24,000 nucleotides of DNA from an uncultured Chloroflexia bacterium (lineage in GTDB: Bacteria > Chloroflexota > Anaerolineae > Anaerolineales > Anaerolineaceae), in NCBI GenBank assembly GCA_963768585.1, contig CAVYIF010000015.1, positions 86,683 to 110,682 on the forward strand, read 5' to 3'. The notes beneath the pieces were generated by a model that saw only the letters and a program-made list of their open reading frames with translations, was not told where the DNA came from and made no database searches. A program made the position numbers and the translations under genes. Shown here piece after piece: positions 14,843 to 23,409 of the stretch. The first letter of the stretch is position 1; every line of letters starts with the position of its first letter.

Positions 14843-15295
14843 ATGACCACAAAAGCTGCCATTGATGAATTTATGGCTCAAAAGACGTTGGCCGTGGCCG
14901 GGGTGTCGCGCAACGTCAACAAATTTGGCTACCGGGTCTACAAGGAACTGAAGGATAAGGGCTACACGGTTTACCCGGTCAACCCCAATGCCGAGACGAT
15001 CGATGGGGAACCCTGCTACGCCTCGCTGGCGGCCCTGCCGGAGACCCCGAGCGGGCTGGTGATCATCACCCCGCCCGCCCAGAGCGAGCAGCTGGTGCGC
15101 GACGCAGCCAAAGCCGGCATCACGCACGTCTGGATGCAGCAGGGTGCCCAATCGGCTGCCGCGGTGCAGTTCTGCGAGGACAACGGCATCCATTATGTGG
15201 CCGGCGAGTGCATCTTCATGTTTTCCGAACCGGCGGCCTGGTTCCACCGCGCGCACCGTTTTGTCAACACCCTGGTGGGCAAAGCCCCAAAATGA
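14843..15295 (+). CDS. CoA-binding domain protein (YccU/YneT-like)
   Basis: 150 aa with LAVAGVSRNVNKFGYRVYKEL and VYPVNPN. GGGAG lies 6 nt upstream of the start. Confidence 0.8.
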   Translation: MTTKAAIDEFMAQKTLAVAGVSRNVNKFGYRVYKELKDKGYTVYPVNPNAETIDGEPCYASLAALPETPSGLVIITPPAQSEQLVRDAAKAGITHVWMQQGAQSAAAVQFCEDNGIHYVAGECIFMFSEPAAWFHRAHRFVNTLVGKAPK

Positions 15296-16143
15296 TCCTG
15301 CGGACTTTCGGCAGCGCTGCCGAATTTCTGCAGGCGGCACGTACATCCCTGGAGGCTCACGAAGCCGCCAACAGCCTGATGTACGGCCTGGCCCTGCGCC
15401 TGCAGCGCTACCCCCAGCGCATCAAAATTCCGCCTTATTTCGCTGTGGTTAACAGTGAACGTGGGCTGGAAGCGGCGGCTATGATGACCCCGCCGCACAA
15501 CCTGGTGGTGATGTCTGCGGAAGGCGGCCCGGCCGAGGGTGCATTCGATTCAATCGCACGCGATCTGCGCCGCGGCCGGTGGTCCGTGCCGGGGGTGATC
15601 GGGCCCAACCAACCCGCCCTGGGTTTTGCCAGAGTCTGGCAGCGCCTGACAACCCGGCGCTATACGCTGACCATTCACGAGCGCCTGTATGAACTGACCC
15701 GGGTGATTCCTCCCCCTCGCCCGCCCGGCAGGATGCGCCTGGCGCTGCCCGGCGAGGAGGATCTGGTTGCGGACTGGCTGTACGAATTCCATCTGGAAGC
15801 CCTGCCCAACGAACCCACCGCGTTGAACGACCACCGCGAAGCGGCGCGCATCCGCCTGGCCGACCAGGATCTATACCTGTGGGAGGACGGCCAGCCCGTG
15901 GCGCTGGCCGGGCGCAGCCGCCCCATACCCCACGGCTACACCATCGGGCCGGTCTACACCCCCGAGCGCTTTCGCCGCCAGGGTTACGCCACCGCCCTGA
16001 CCGCCGACCTCAGCCAGGCGCTGCTCAACTCGGGCAAGCGCTTTGTCACCCTGTTCACCAACCTGGCGAACCCGGTTTCCAACAGCATCTACCATAAAAA
16101 TCGGCTACCAGCCGGTGTGCGATTTCGACCAGTACCAGTTTAG
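15292..16143 (+). CDS. GNAT-family N-acetyltransferase; extreme C-terminus frameshifted at an A5 run
   Basis: ATG 15292 overlaps the upstream TGA (ATGA). Contains GNAT motif A (RRQGYATALTADL). Removing one A at 16096-16100 gives ...NSIYHKIGYQPVCDFDQYQFS, a typical GNAT end, with a stop at 16145-16147. Confidence 0.75.
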   Translation: MILRTFGSAAEFLQAARTSLEAHEAANSLMYGLALRLQRYPQRIKIPPYFAVVNSERGLEAAAMMTPPHNLVVMSAEGGPAEGAFDSIARDLRRGRWSVPGVIGPNQPALGFARVWQRLTTRRYTLTIHERLYELTRVIPPPRPPGRMRLALPGEEDLVADWLYEFHLEALPNEPTALNDHREAARIRLADQDLYLWEDGQPVALAGRSRPIPHGYTIGPVYTPERFRRQGYATALTADLSQALLNSGKRFVTLFTNLANPVSNSIYHKNRLPAGVRFRPVPV

Positions 16144-16182
16144 TTAAAACCGCCATTCAGCCTACCCTCCCTTCTCCTGCCC

Positions 16183-17496
16183 ATGCCTGACGTTTCGCCG
16201 AACTCCCGCCAGAAGACCACTTTATGGCACGATCGCGAATTCCTTAAGCTGTGGGCCGGGCAGGCCGTTTCGGAACTGGGCTCGACCGTTACCCGCGACG
16301 CCATGCCGCTGCTGGCCCTGCTGGTGCTGGGGGCCACGCCCCTCGAGATGGGCGTGCTTTCCGCCTTAAGCGGCCTGCCGGTGCTGCTCTTCGGGGTGGC
16401 AGCCGGGGTATGGGTCGACCGTTTGCGCCGCCGCCCGCTGATGATTGCCGCCGATCTGAGCCGGGCTGTACTGCTGGCGTTGATTCCGCTGGCAGCCGTG
16501 CTGGGCATGCTGCGCATCGAACTGCTGTACGGGATTGCCGTCCTGACCGGGCTGCTGGGGATATTCTTCAGCACGGCCTACCGGGCTTACCTGCCCGGCC
16601 TGGTGCAACGCGCTCACCTGGTCGAAGGCAACAGCAAGCTGGCCTTGAGCGAGGCGGCGGCCGAAATCGGCGGCTCGGGGCTGGCCGGGGTGCTGGTGCA
16701 GGTGATCGGCGCGCCGTTCGCCATGCTGCTGGATGCACTCACCTTCCTGGTCTCTGCCGGTTCGCTGGCGTTCATCCGCCGGCCCGAAGCACCGCCCGCG
16801 CCGGTTGCGGAACCCTCCTCAGGAGGGCGCGAAGCGTGGAGTGCATCGTTCGTGCGGGAAGCGCTGGAAGGGCTGCGCGCCACTGCCAGCCAGCCCATGC
16901 TGCGCGCCCTGGCGGGCGCGGCTGCCATTCAAAGCTTTTTAGGCAACATCTTTGCCCCGCTTTACAGCCTGTATGCCATCCGCGAGTTGGGGCTCGGTCC
17001 GGCGGCAGTCGGCCTGACCATCGCTCTGGGCGGGGTATCCAGCCTGACCGGCGCCCTGCTGGCCGAGCGCATCCTGCGCCGCTTCGGGCTGGGGCGCACG
17101 CTGATCGCTACCATGGGATTGAGTTCGCTGACCGCGCTGCTCATTCCCCTGGCGGCATTTTTCTCCCCGCACGCCGCAAGCGGCGCTTTTTTCAGCGTGG
17201 GGCTGCTCTTCCTGGGAACCGCCCAACTGCTGGGCGACGCGCTGGATACGGTCTACGCCATCCACGCCATCAGCCTGCGCCAGGCGATCACCCCCGACCG
17301 CCTGCTGGGGCGGGTCAATGCCAGCCTGGAGCTGGTGCAGGAAGGCATTGCGCCATTAGGCGCGCTGACCGGCGGCATCCTGGGCGGCGTGCTGGGCGTA
17401 CAGCCTGCGCTGTTCATCGCTTCCCTGGCCGGCATTCTCTCCGCGCTGTGGATCGCCGCTTCACCCATCCGGACGCTGCATAAAATGCCTGGATAG
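16183..17496 (+). CDS. MFS transporter (EntS/MFS_3-like)
   Basis: Intact 437-aa 12-TM protein with WAGQAVSELGSTVT and GVWVDRLRRRPLMI. Confidence 0.8.
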   Translation: MPDVSPNSRQKTTLWHDREFLKLWAGQAVSELGSTVTRDAMPLLALLVLGATPLEMGVLSALSGLPVLLFGVAAGVWVDRLRRRPLMIAADLSRAVLLALIPLAAVLGMLRIELLYGIAVLTGLLGIFFSTAYRAYLPGLVQRAHLVEGNSKLALSEAAAEIGGSGLAGVLVQVIGAPFAMLLDALTFLVSAGSLAFIRRPEAPPAPVAEPSSGGREAWSASFVREALEGLRATASQPMLRALAGAAAIQSFLGNIFAPLYSLYAIRELGLGPAAVGLTIALGGVSSLTGALLAERILRRFGLGRTLIATMGLSSLTALLIPLAAFFSPHAASGAFFSVGLLFLGTAQLLGDALDTVYAIHAISLRQAITPDRLLGRVNASLELVQEGIAPLGALTGGILGGVLGVQPALFIASLAGILSALWIAASPIRTLHKMPG

Positions 17497-17557
17497 CTTA
17501 AAATATGAACAGCAAAACGACCTGCTGATTTGTAAAGCAATCAAAGGGAGAGGAAAA

Positions 17558-17920
17558 ATGAAATTCTCGGGGATCTTTTCGATTGTGGTGGGGGCGCTGA
17601 TGCTGGCGCAGTGGGCCTTCTTCATCGCCGCCGGGCAGGTGCCTGAACTGCGGACCGAACCCTACCGCATCGGGTTTCACCTGGCCGCGGAAGCGGCGAC
17701 CGCCCTGGCTTTGATCGTCTCGGGCATCGGCCTGCTCAACCGGCGCGCCTGGGGGCGCACCCTTTCACTGGTTGCGCTGGGGATGCTGATCTATACGGCC
17801 ATTGTCAGTCCGGGGTATTTTGCCCAGCAGGGCGTCTGGCCGCTGGTGGGCATGTTTGCTGTGCTGCTGGGGCTGACCCTGGTCAGCCTGCGCCGGTTGA
17901 CCCGAGCGACGGCTAAATAA
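17558..17920 (+). CDS. small 4-TM membrane protein, unknown function
   Basis: 120 aa with four hydrophobic helices. GGGAGAGG lies upstream of the ATG. Confidence 0.6.
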   Translation: MKFSGIFSIVVGALMLAQWAFFIAAGQVPELRTEPYRIGFHLAAEAATALALIVSGIGLLNRRAWGRTLSLVALGMLIYTAIVSPGYFAQQGVWPLVGMFAVLLGLTLVSLRRLTRATAK

Positions 17921-18020
17921 AAGGAACCATCGCAGCACTGGGCCGTCGAGGGGTTAACCTGCGGTTTAGGATAAAGCCAATCCACCGGACAGGCCGGGAA
18001 AAATCTGGCCAGGTGTATTT

Positions 18021-18167
18021 TTATTTCTCGACCCGGCGTCCTTCCAAAAAGCGGGTTACATGCCGTTGCATATCCAGCGGCGGTAAATCCCCATTGGGAA
18101 GTGCGCTGCCCAGCATGGTCATATACATCAATGGTCCTAACAATGAAGCCACGGCATGCAGACGAAA
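18021..18167 (-). pseudogene. possible gene remnant (TetR-like C-terminal end?)
   Basis: A short stop-to-stop frame reads ...LHAVASLLGPLMYMTMLGSALPNGDLPPLDMQRHVTRFLEGRRVEK. It has no credible start or RBS, and the assignment is a guess. Confidence 0.2.
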
Positions 18168-18186
18168 TTAATTCCAGGAGAATCCA

Positions 18187-18834
18187 ATGACCATCATCGC
18201 GGAACTTTTAGGTGACGCTAAATTCATCATCCAATTCCGCCAGAGAATTATGAATCAGCAGAAAATCCTGGATCGACAGGCGCCCAGGGCCGGGGAAATG
18301 GCGCCCGATTTCACCCTTCAGGATGTTTCAGGGACAGAAACCGTCACCCTATCTGGCTTTCGCGGTAAAAAACCGGTGGCACTGGTCTTTGGGAGTTATA
18401 CCTGACCGCCTTATGTGAATGGGACCGTGCGTCTCCATGAGATCTATGAACAATATCACCAACAAGTTCAGTTCTTGAATATCTACATCCGAGAAGCCCA
18501 TCCCATCGATGGTTGGTGGCTGGGCCGGCGCCTGACAAGAAAAATCTTTAAGACCTTTTTCTCCAGGGCCTCGATGGATCATTACGACCCCAAGACCATC
18601 GAAGAACGCCGGGCGGTCGCCGGGGAATGCGAAACGGCGCTGCAATACGGCATACGAACCTACGTCGATGAAATGGATGACCACGTCAATCGCGCTTATG
18701 CCGCCTGGCCAACGCGGTTATATTTGATCGACCTGGATGGGAAGGTTGTATATGCCGGTGGGTTGGGACCCTATGATTTCAAACCCGCAAAATTAAACGC
18801 TGCCATTGATGATTTTCTGAATGATCTGGACTGA
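18187..18834 (+). CDS. iodothyronine-deiodinase-like thioredoxin-fold protein, probable selenoprotein (TGA 18403-18405 read as Sec)
   Basis: ORFs 18187..18405 and 18415..18834 are in the same frame, separated only by a TGA. The joined protein reads ALVFGSYT-U-PPYVNG...FLNIYIREAHPIDGWW. This matches the deiodinase FGS.T(U/C)PPF and Y(I/V).EAHP.DGW blocks. AGGAG lies 6 nt upstream of the start. Confidence 0.75.
18419..18438 (+). promoter_or_regulatory. candidate bacterial SECIS hairpin
   Basis: AUGGGAC-CGUGC-GUCUCCAU forms a 7-bp stem with one bulged U and a G/U-containing 5-nt loop. It starts 13 nt after the UGA. Confidence 0.5.
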
Positions 18835-18939
18835 AGGTTTGCCCATTTAACCGCGTGCCTTACCCCAGGCTCAAAGAAACTTTTTTGACAAACAACTCGC
18901 CGCATAAAACCACACACCAGCAGGCACTCGATCAGAAAA

Positions 18940-20340
18940 TCACGCTGATTGAGAAGCCGGTTTAGATTCCCGCTTCGACTCATCCTTTAGCGCCGAGGTC
19001 ACAATGCCCAGCACGGCCACGCCGGACGCCACCAGGAAGCCCTGATCAACCCCGCTGAACAGGGCAGCGGGCGTGTTTTCGGCCAGATGGGTGGTGAAAA
19101 TCGCCCCGGCCAAACCAATGCCCAACACCATGCCAAAATTGCGCGACACGGCCTGCACCCCCGAGGCGATGCCCTGGCGCGCGCGCGGTGCGGCGCCCAT
19201 CAAGGCGCTCGTATTGGGCGAGATAAATGCGCCTGTGCCAACCCCGGCCACAGCCAAACCGAGCACAGCCAGCCACAGCCCAGTCTCGGAACCCAGTCGC
19301 GAAAGCAAGAACAGGCCCACGGCCAACACGCCCATGCCCAGCATCCCCGGCAAACGCGAACCGACGCGATCCGAAAGCGCGCCGCTGATCGGCGCGACGA
19401 TCGCCATCAGGATCGGCTGGACGGTCAGAAACAACCCGGCCTGGGCGGGGTTCAACCCGCGGCCTTGAATCAGGTAGAAGGGCATCAAGAAGATAATGCT
19501 GTAAACGCAGATGTAATTCAGCACCGCGCTGCCTGCCGCGGTCGAAAACAGCGGGATGCGGAAGAGGCTCAAATCCAGCATGGGCGCCGGGGAACGGCGT
19601 TCGATCTGGATAAAAACGGCCAGCAGAACCAGCGCCCCGGCCAGCAGTCCCAACACCGCCAGGGAAGACCAGCCCCACGCTGCCCCTTTATTGAGCCCCA
19701 GCATGAAGGCCGTCAGTCCGGCCAGGAAAACCGCCGCCCCCGGCAGGTCGAAGCGCTGTCCACTTTCTGCAGGCGCATCCCTGGGGATGAAGCGCAGGCT
19801 GAGGGCCAGGGCCAGCGCCCCGACCGGCATGTTAATGTAGAATACCGCCCGCCAGTCAATCACATGGGTCAGCCAGCCGCCTAAAGATGGCCCAACGGTT
19901 AATCCCAGGTAGGTCATCGTCGAAACCAGGCCAAAAGCGCGCCCGCGCTGCTCGGGTGGGATGTTGCCGGTCACAATCGCGGGCGCATTGGAGGCCAGCA
20001 TGGCCCCGCCGATGGCCTGCAGCCCGCGGAAAACAACCAGTGCTGTCGCTGACCAGGCCAGGCCGCACAGCGCCGAACCGGCGACGAAGATGCCGAAGCC
20101 CCAGACGTAGATCGATTTATGCCCGCGCAGATCCCCCAGGCGGCCGAAGGTCAGCAGCAGCCCGGTCAGCACCAGCAGGTAAACGGTCACCACCCATTCG
20201 ATGGCGGCCACATCGCTGTCGAAAGCCGTGCGCAGGACGGGCAGGATAGTGTTGACCACGCTCGCGTCCAGGGCCGACATAAAAGAGCCCACGCCAATCA
20301 CGATGAGCACCCACCATTTACGATCGATGTTTTTTAGCAT
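18940..20340 (-). CDS. MFS transporter, DHA2 (EmrB/QacA, 14-TM) drug:H+ antiporter family
   Basis: Start at ATG 20340 (GAGGTGGA upstream). Contains MSALDASVVNTILP, GRLGDLRGHK and LQAIGGAM. Confidence 0.85.
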   Translation of the reverse strand: MLKNIDRKWWVLIVIGVGSFMSALDASVVNTILPVLRTAFDSDVAAIEWVVTVYLLVLTGLLLTFGRLGDLRGHKSIYVWGFGIFVAGSALCGLAWSATALVVFRGLQAIGGAMLASNAPAIVTGNIPPEQRGRAFGLVSTMTYLGLTVGPSLGGWLTHVIDWRAVFYINMPVGALALALSLRFIPRDAPAESGQRFDLPGAAVFLAGLTAFMLGLNKGAAWGWSSLAVLGLLAGALVLLAVFIQIERRSPAPMLDLSLFRIPLFSTAAGSAVLNYICVYSIIFLMPFYLIQGRGLNPAQAGLFLTVQPILMAIVAPISGALSDRVGSRLPGMLGMGVLAVGLFLLSRLGSETGLWLAVLGLAVAGVGTGAFISPNTSALMGAAPRARQGIASGVQAVSRNFGMVLGIGLAGAIFTTHLAENTPAALFSGVDQGFLVASGVAVLGIVTSALKDESKRESKPASQSA

Positions 20341-20557
20341 TCCACCTCGAATTGTGTGATTTCTTGAATAAATATGCGGGTGAATACAGGTTGCCTTCGA
20401 TCGGCACCCGTACGATGCTCGGGGCATCTTCGGTGGCAGAGATGCGGATCAGGATGAAAGAATTGGTCATATCATCAAATAACTGGTCGTCCAATGATCG
20501 AAGAGTGACTTTATCTTTGTCACGTTTATAAACAGCCAACATATATAATAAAGCTAA

Positions 20558-21052
20558 ATGGATCAACGAAAATCTTCAGCACACCATCGCCGGTCAATCC
20601 GGATAAAGGACTATGATTATGCCCAGGCCGGGGCTTATTTTGTAACTATCGTTACACAAAACCGGGCGTTCTTTTTCGGCAACATCACAGATGGTGAATT
20701 CCATGCGAATGAGGCCGGGGAAATGATCAAACATTGGTGGTATGAACTGGCCCATAAATTTCCCAATGTTGAAACCGACGAATTCGTCGTGATGCCCGAT
20801 CATTTTCATGGAATTATTATACTCACCCAGGGAACACACACAGGTGCGCCCCTATCGGAAATTGTGCAATGGTTTAAAACGATGACCACGAATGCCTATA
20901 TTCGCGGGGTAAAACTTGCGGGGTGGCTGCCCTTCGAAGGAAAATTGTGGCAGCGCAATTATTATGAGCATATCGTCCGAAATATGACTGATATGGAACG
21001 CATACAAAAATATATTCAAAATAACCCATCATCTTGGGAACATGACCGGTAA
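20558..21052 (+). CDS. REP-associated tyrosine transposase (RAYT; IS200/IS605 TnpA-like Y1 HUH enzyme)
   Basis: 164 aa with RRSIRIKDYDYAQAGAYFVTIVTQ, the HUH motif MPDHFHGII, and the Tyr motif LWQRNYYEHIVRN. Lies in a low-GC patch. Confidence 0.8.
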   Translation: MDQRKSSAHHRRSIRIKDYDYAQAGAYFVTIVTQNRAFFFGNITDGEFHANEAGEMIKHWWYELAHKFPNVETDEFVVMPDHFHGIIILTQGTHTGAPLSEIVQWFKTMTTNAYIRGVKLAGWLPFEGKLWQRNYYEHIVRNMTDMERIQKYIQNNPSSWEHDR

Positions 21053-21053
21053 G

Positions 21054-21163
21054 GGCAGACCTACGTGTCTGCCCGATTCCCCAGCAGACCTGCGTGTCTG
21101 CCCGATTCCCCCAGCAGACCTGCGTGTCTGCCCGATTCCCCCAGCAGACCTGCGTGTCTGCCC
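21054..21163 (+). repeat. tandem REP-like hairpin array (3.6 units of 29-30 nt)
   Basis: The unit GCAGACCTGCGTGTCTGCCCGATTCCCCCA starts at 21055, 21084, 21114 and 21144 (last one partial). Each unit contains the palindrome GCAGAC-ctgcgt-GTCTGC. The array begins 2 nt after the RAYT stop. Confidence 0.85.
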
Positions 21164-21190
21164 TCTTTATAGAATACAATGAGGCCCCTA

Positions 21191-22894
21191 ATGACCGACT
21201 CCCTTACCCGCTTCCAACAACTGCTGACCGACGCCTGGGATTCCCAGATGCAGCGCGACCCGCTCTACGCCACGCTGTGCGGCGACCGGCGCTACAACGA
21301 CCGCCTGCCCGCGGTGGGCGAAGAAGCAACCGAAGGCCAGCGCCAGGCCTACAGCGATTTCCTTTCCCGCCTGGCGGGCATCCCGCGCGGCGAACTGCCG
21401 CCTGCCGAGCAGGTTAACTACGATGTCTTTGGCCACGTGCTGCGCGGCGAACTGGCTGCCCTCGAGACCGGGCTGTACCGCATGAACTTCTCCAAGCACG
21501 CCGGCTTCCACACCCTGATGCTGGATGTGATCCAGGTGACCCCCTTCGACAACCAGGCCGATTACGAATCCTACCTGGCCCGGCTGCGCGCTTTTCAGTC
21601 CTTCACCCGCCAGCACATCGCCCTGCTGCGCGAGGGGCTGCGGTCCGGGTTCATCCCCGCGCGGGCGGCACTGAACGGCGCCCTGGATACGGTCGCCCCG
21701 CACATCGTGGCCGACCCGGCCGACAGCCTGTTCTACCAGCCGTTCACTAATTTTCCAGGCGCTACCCTTGAGACCGCCCGCGCCCGGCTGCAAGCGGAAG
21801 CCCGCCAGGCCATCCAAAGCAGCGTGCTGCCCGCCTTCCGCGAACTGCGCGCCTTCCTGGTGGACGAATACCTGCCGGGGGCCGGTGAAAGCATCGCCGC
21901 CAGCGCCCTGCCGGACGGCGCGCGCCTGTACGAGAGCATGGTGCGCTACCACACCACCACCGATCTCAGCCCGCGCCAGATCCACGAGACCGGGCTGGCG
22001 GAGGTGCAGCGCATCCGCGGCGAGATGCAGGTCCTGCTTAAGCGCTTGAATTTCAGCGGCAGCTTCGCCGAATTTGTCCAGTTCCTGCGCAGCGACCCGC
22101 GCTTTTACGTCGATACCCCGGCCCAACTGCTCAAAGAGACCGCCCTGGCGCTCAAGCGCATGGACGGCGAACTGCCGCGCCTGTTTGGGCGCCTGCCGCG
22201 CACGCCGTACGGCATTCGCGAAATCCCGGCTTACCTCGCGCCGGGCTCGACCACCGCTTATTACTTCCCTGCCCCGGGTGACGGCAGCCAGGCTGGTTTT
22301 TACTACGTCAACACCTACGACCTGAAGAGCCGCCCGCTGTACGAAATCGAGGCCCTCTCCCTGCACGAAGCCGTGCCGGGCCACCACCTGCAGATTGCCC
22401 TGCAGCAGGAATTGGAAAATATGCCCGCCTTCCGGCGCTACGCCATGTTCACCGCCTACGTGGAAGGCTGGGCGCTGTACGCCGAACGCCTGGGGCTGGA
22501 GGTCGGTTTCTACAGCGACCCTTACAGCGACTTCGGCCGCCTGACCTATGAAATGTGGCGCGCCTGCCGCCTGGTGGTCGACCCTGGAATGCACGCCCTG
22601 GGCTGGACTCGCCAGCAGGCGATCGACTTTATGGCCGAAAACTCGGCCCTGACCCTGCTCAATATCGCCAACGAGGTCGACCGCTACATCGCCTGGCCGG
22701 GCCAGGCCCTGGCATACAAGATCGGCGAGCTCAAGATCCGCGAACTGCGCGCCAGGGCAGAGGCTGCCCTGGGCAGCCGTTTCGACCGGCGCGCGTTCCA
22801 CGACCTGCTACTCGGCTCAGGTCCGGTGCCGCTATCCCTGCTCGAACAGTGGGTGGTAGAATGGATTAGCGCCCAGAAAGGACCGCCAGTATGA
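21191..22894 (+). CDS. DUF885-family protein (putative metallopeptidase-like)
   Basis: LSLHEAVPGHHLQ signature and WALYAERLG, in an intact ~567-aa protein. ATG 21191 is preferred (GAGG 6 nt upstream) over ATG 21179. Confidence 0.8.
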   Translation: MTDSLTRFQQLLTDAWDSQMQRDPLYATLCGDRRYNDRLPAVGEEATEGQRQAYSDFLSRLAGIPRGELPPAEQVNYDVFGHVLRGELAALETGLYRMNFSKHAGFHTLMLDVIQVTPFDNQADYESYLARLRAFQSFTRQHIALLREGLRSGFIPARAALNGALDTVAPHIVADPADSLFYQPFTNFPGATLETARARLQAEARQAIQSSVLPAFRELRAFLVDEYLPGAGESIAASALPDGARLYESMVRYHTTTDLSPRQIHETGLAEVQRIRGEMQVLLKRLNFSGSFAEFVQFLRSDPRFYVDTPAQLLKETALALKRMDGELPRLFGRLPRTPYGIREIPAYLAPGSTTAYYFPAPGDGSQAGFYYVNTYDLKSRPLYEIEALSLHEAVPGHHLQIALQQELENMPAFRRYAMFTAYVEGWALYAERLGLEVGFYSDPYSDFGRLTYEMWRACRLVVDPGMHALGWTRQQAIDFMAENSALTLLNIANEVDRYIAWPGQALAYKIGELKIRELRARAEAALGSRFDRRAFHDLLLGSGPVPLSLLEQWVVEWISAQKGPPV

Positions 22895-23346
22895 GCCAGG
22901 AATTTTCACCCCCACCTGAAGAGAAACACCCGCCGCCCGCTTCCCATTCGCCGCAGGAGATAGAGCCGGTGGAAGGGGAGATTATCAGCATCGAAGAACG
23001 CCGCCTACATCCGCCTCCTCCCCCACTGCACATCCTGTCCGCCCTGGCGACCATCGCCCTGGACTGGATCTGGTTTGCCATCGAACTGCCGGCCACAATC
23101 AGCCTGGCCTTCCTGCCCAGCCTGATCCCGCTCAGCCTGGGGCTGGGACTGTTAAATATGGCCGCGGTTACCCTGGTGCAGCACTTCCTGGCGGATGAAG
23201 CCTGGGGCAAAGCCCTGGCCAAGGGAGTGGTGATGGGCATCGTGGCGGGCGTGCCCTACCCGGTGTTTGGCACGGTGATCGGCGTGCCGCTGGCTACCTG
23301 GGCCGGAATCCGCGAGGTTCAGAAGATGCTCCCACCGAAAATATAA
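22891..23346 (+). CDS. small membrane protein with a Pro-rich N-terminus, unknown function
   Basis: ATG 22891 overlaps the DUF885 stop (ATGA). 151 aa with 3-4 hydrophobic helices. Confidence 0.55.
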   Translation: MSQEFSPPPEEKHPPPASHSPQEIEPVEGEIISIEERRLHPPPPPLHILSALATIALDWIWFAIELPATISLAFLPSLIPLSLGLGLLNMAAVTLVQHFLADEAWGKALAKGVVMGIVAGVPYPVFGTVIGVPLATWAGIREVQKMLPPKI

Positions 23347-23409
23347 ACATATCAGGTGTTTTTGGCATTATGCCCCACAAACACCTAATATGATAGGCAA
23401 AAGGAAAAG

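Noticed and set aside
20318-20566. 82-aa minus-strand ORF (…VTLRSLDDQLFDDMTNSFILIRISATEDAPSIVRVPIEGNLY…) between the RAYT and the DHA2 transporter.
   Set aside because: No RBS precedes either ATG, and no family was recognised. It overlaps the transporter start by 23 nt and the RAYT start by 9 nt. It could be a real small gene, but support is insufficient.
21054-21163. Possible CRISPR array (regular ~30-nt repeats).
   Set aside because: The units are directly abutting with no spacers. The array sits 2 nt after a RAYT gene, and no cas genes are nearby. It fits a REP-like tandem hairpin array instead.
21188-22801. 537-aa ORF antisense to the DUF885 gene. Similar long shadow ORFs are 326..1237, 1716..2291, 2282..3256, 5969..6637, 7081..7818, 10611..11201, 16251..17483, 19087..19884 and 19046..19678.
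   Set aside because: They lie opposite to, or out of frame with, genes that have clear family signatures. Their Arg/Gly/Ala/Pro/Gln/His-rich low-complexity translations are typical of off-frame reading in high-GC DNA. No motifs or RBS were seen.
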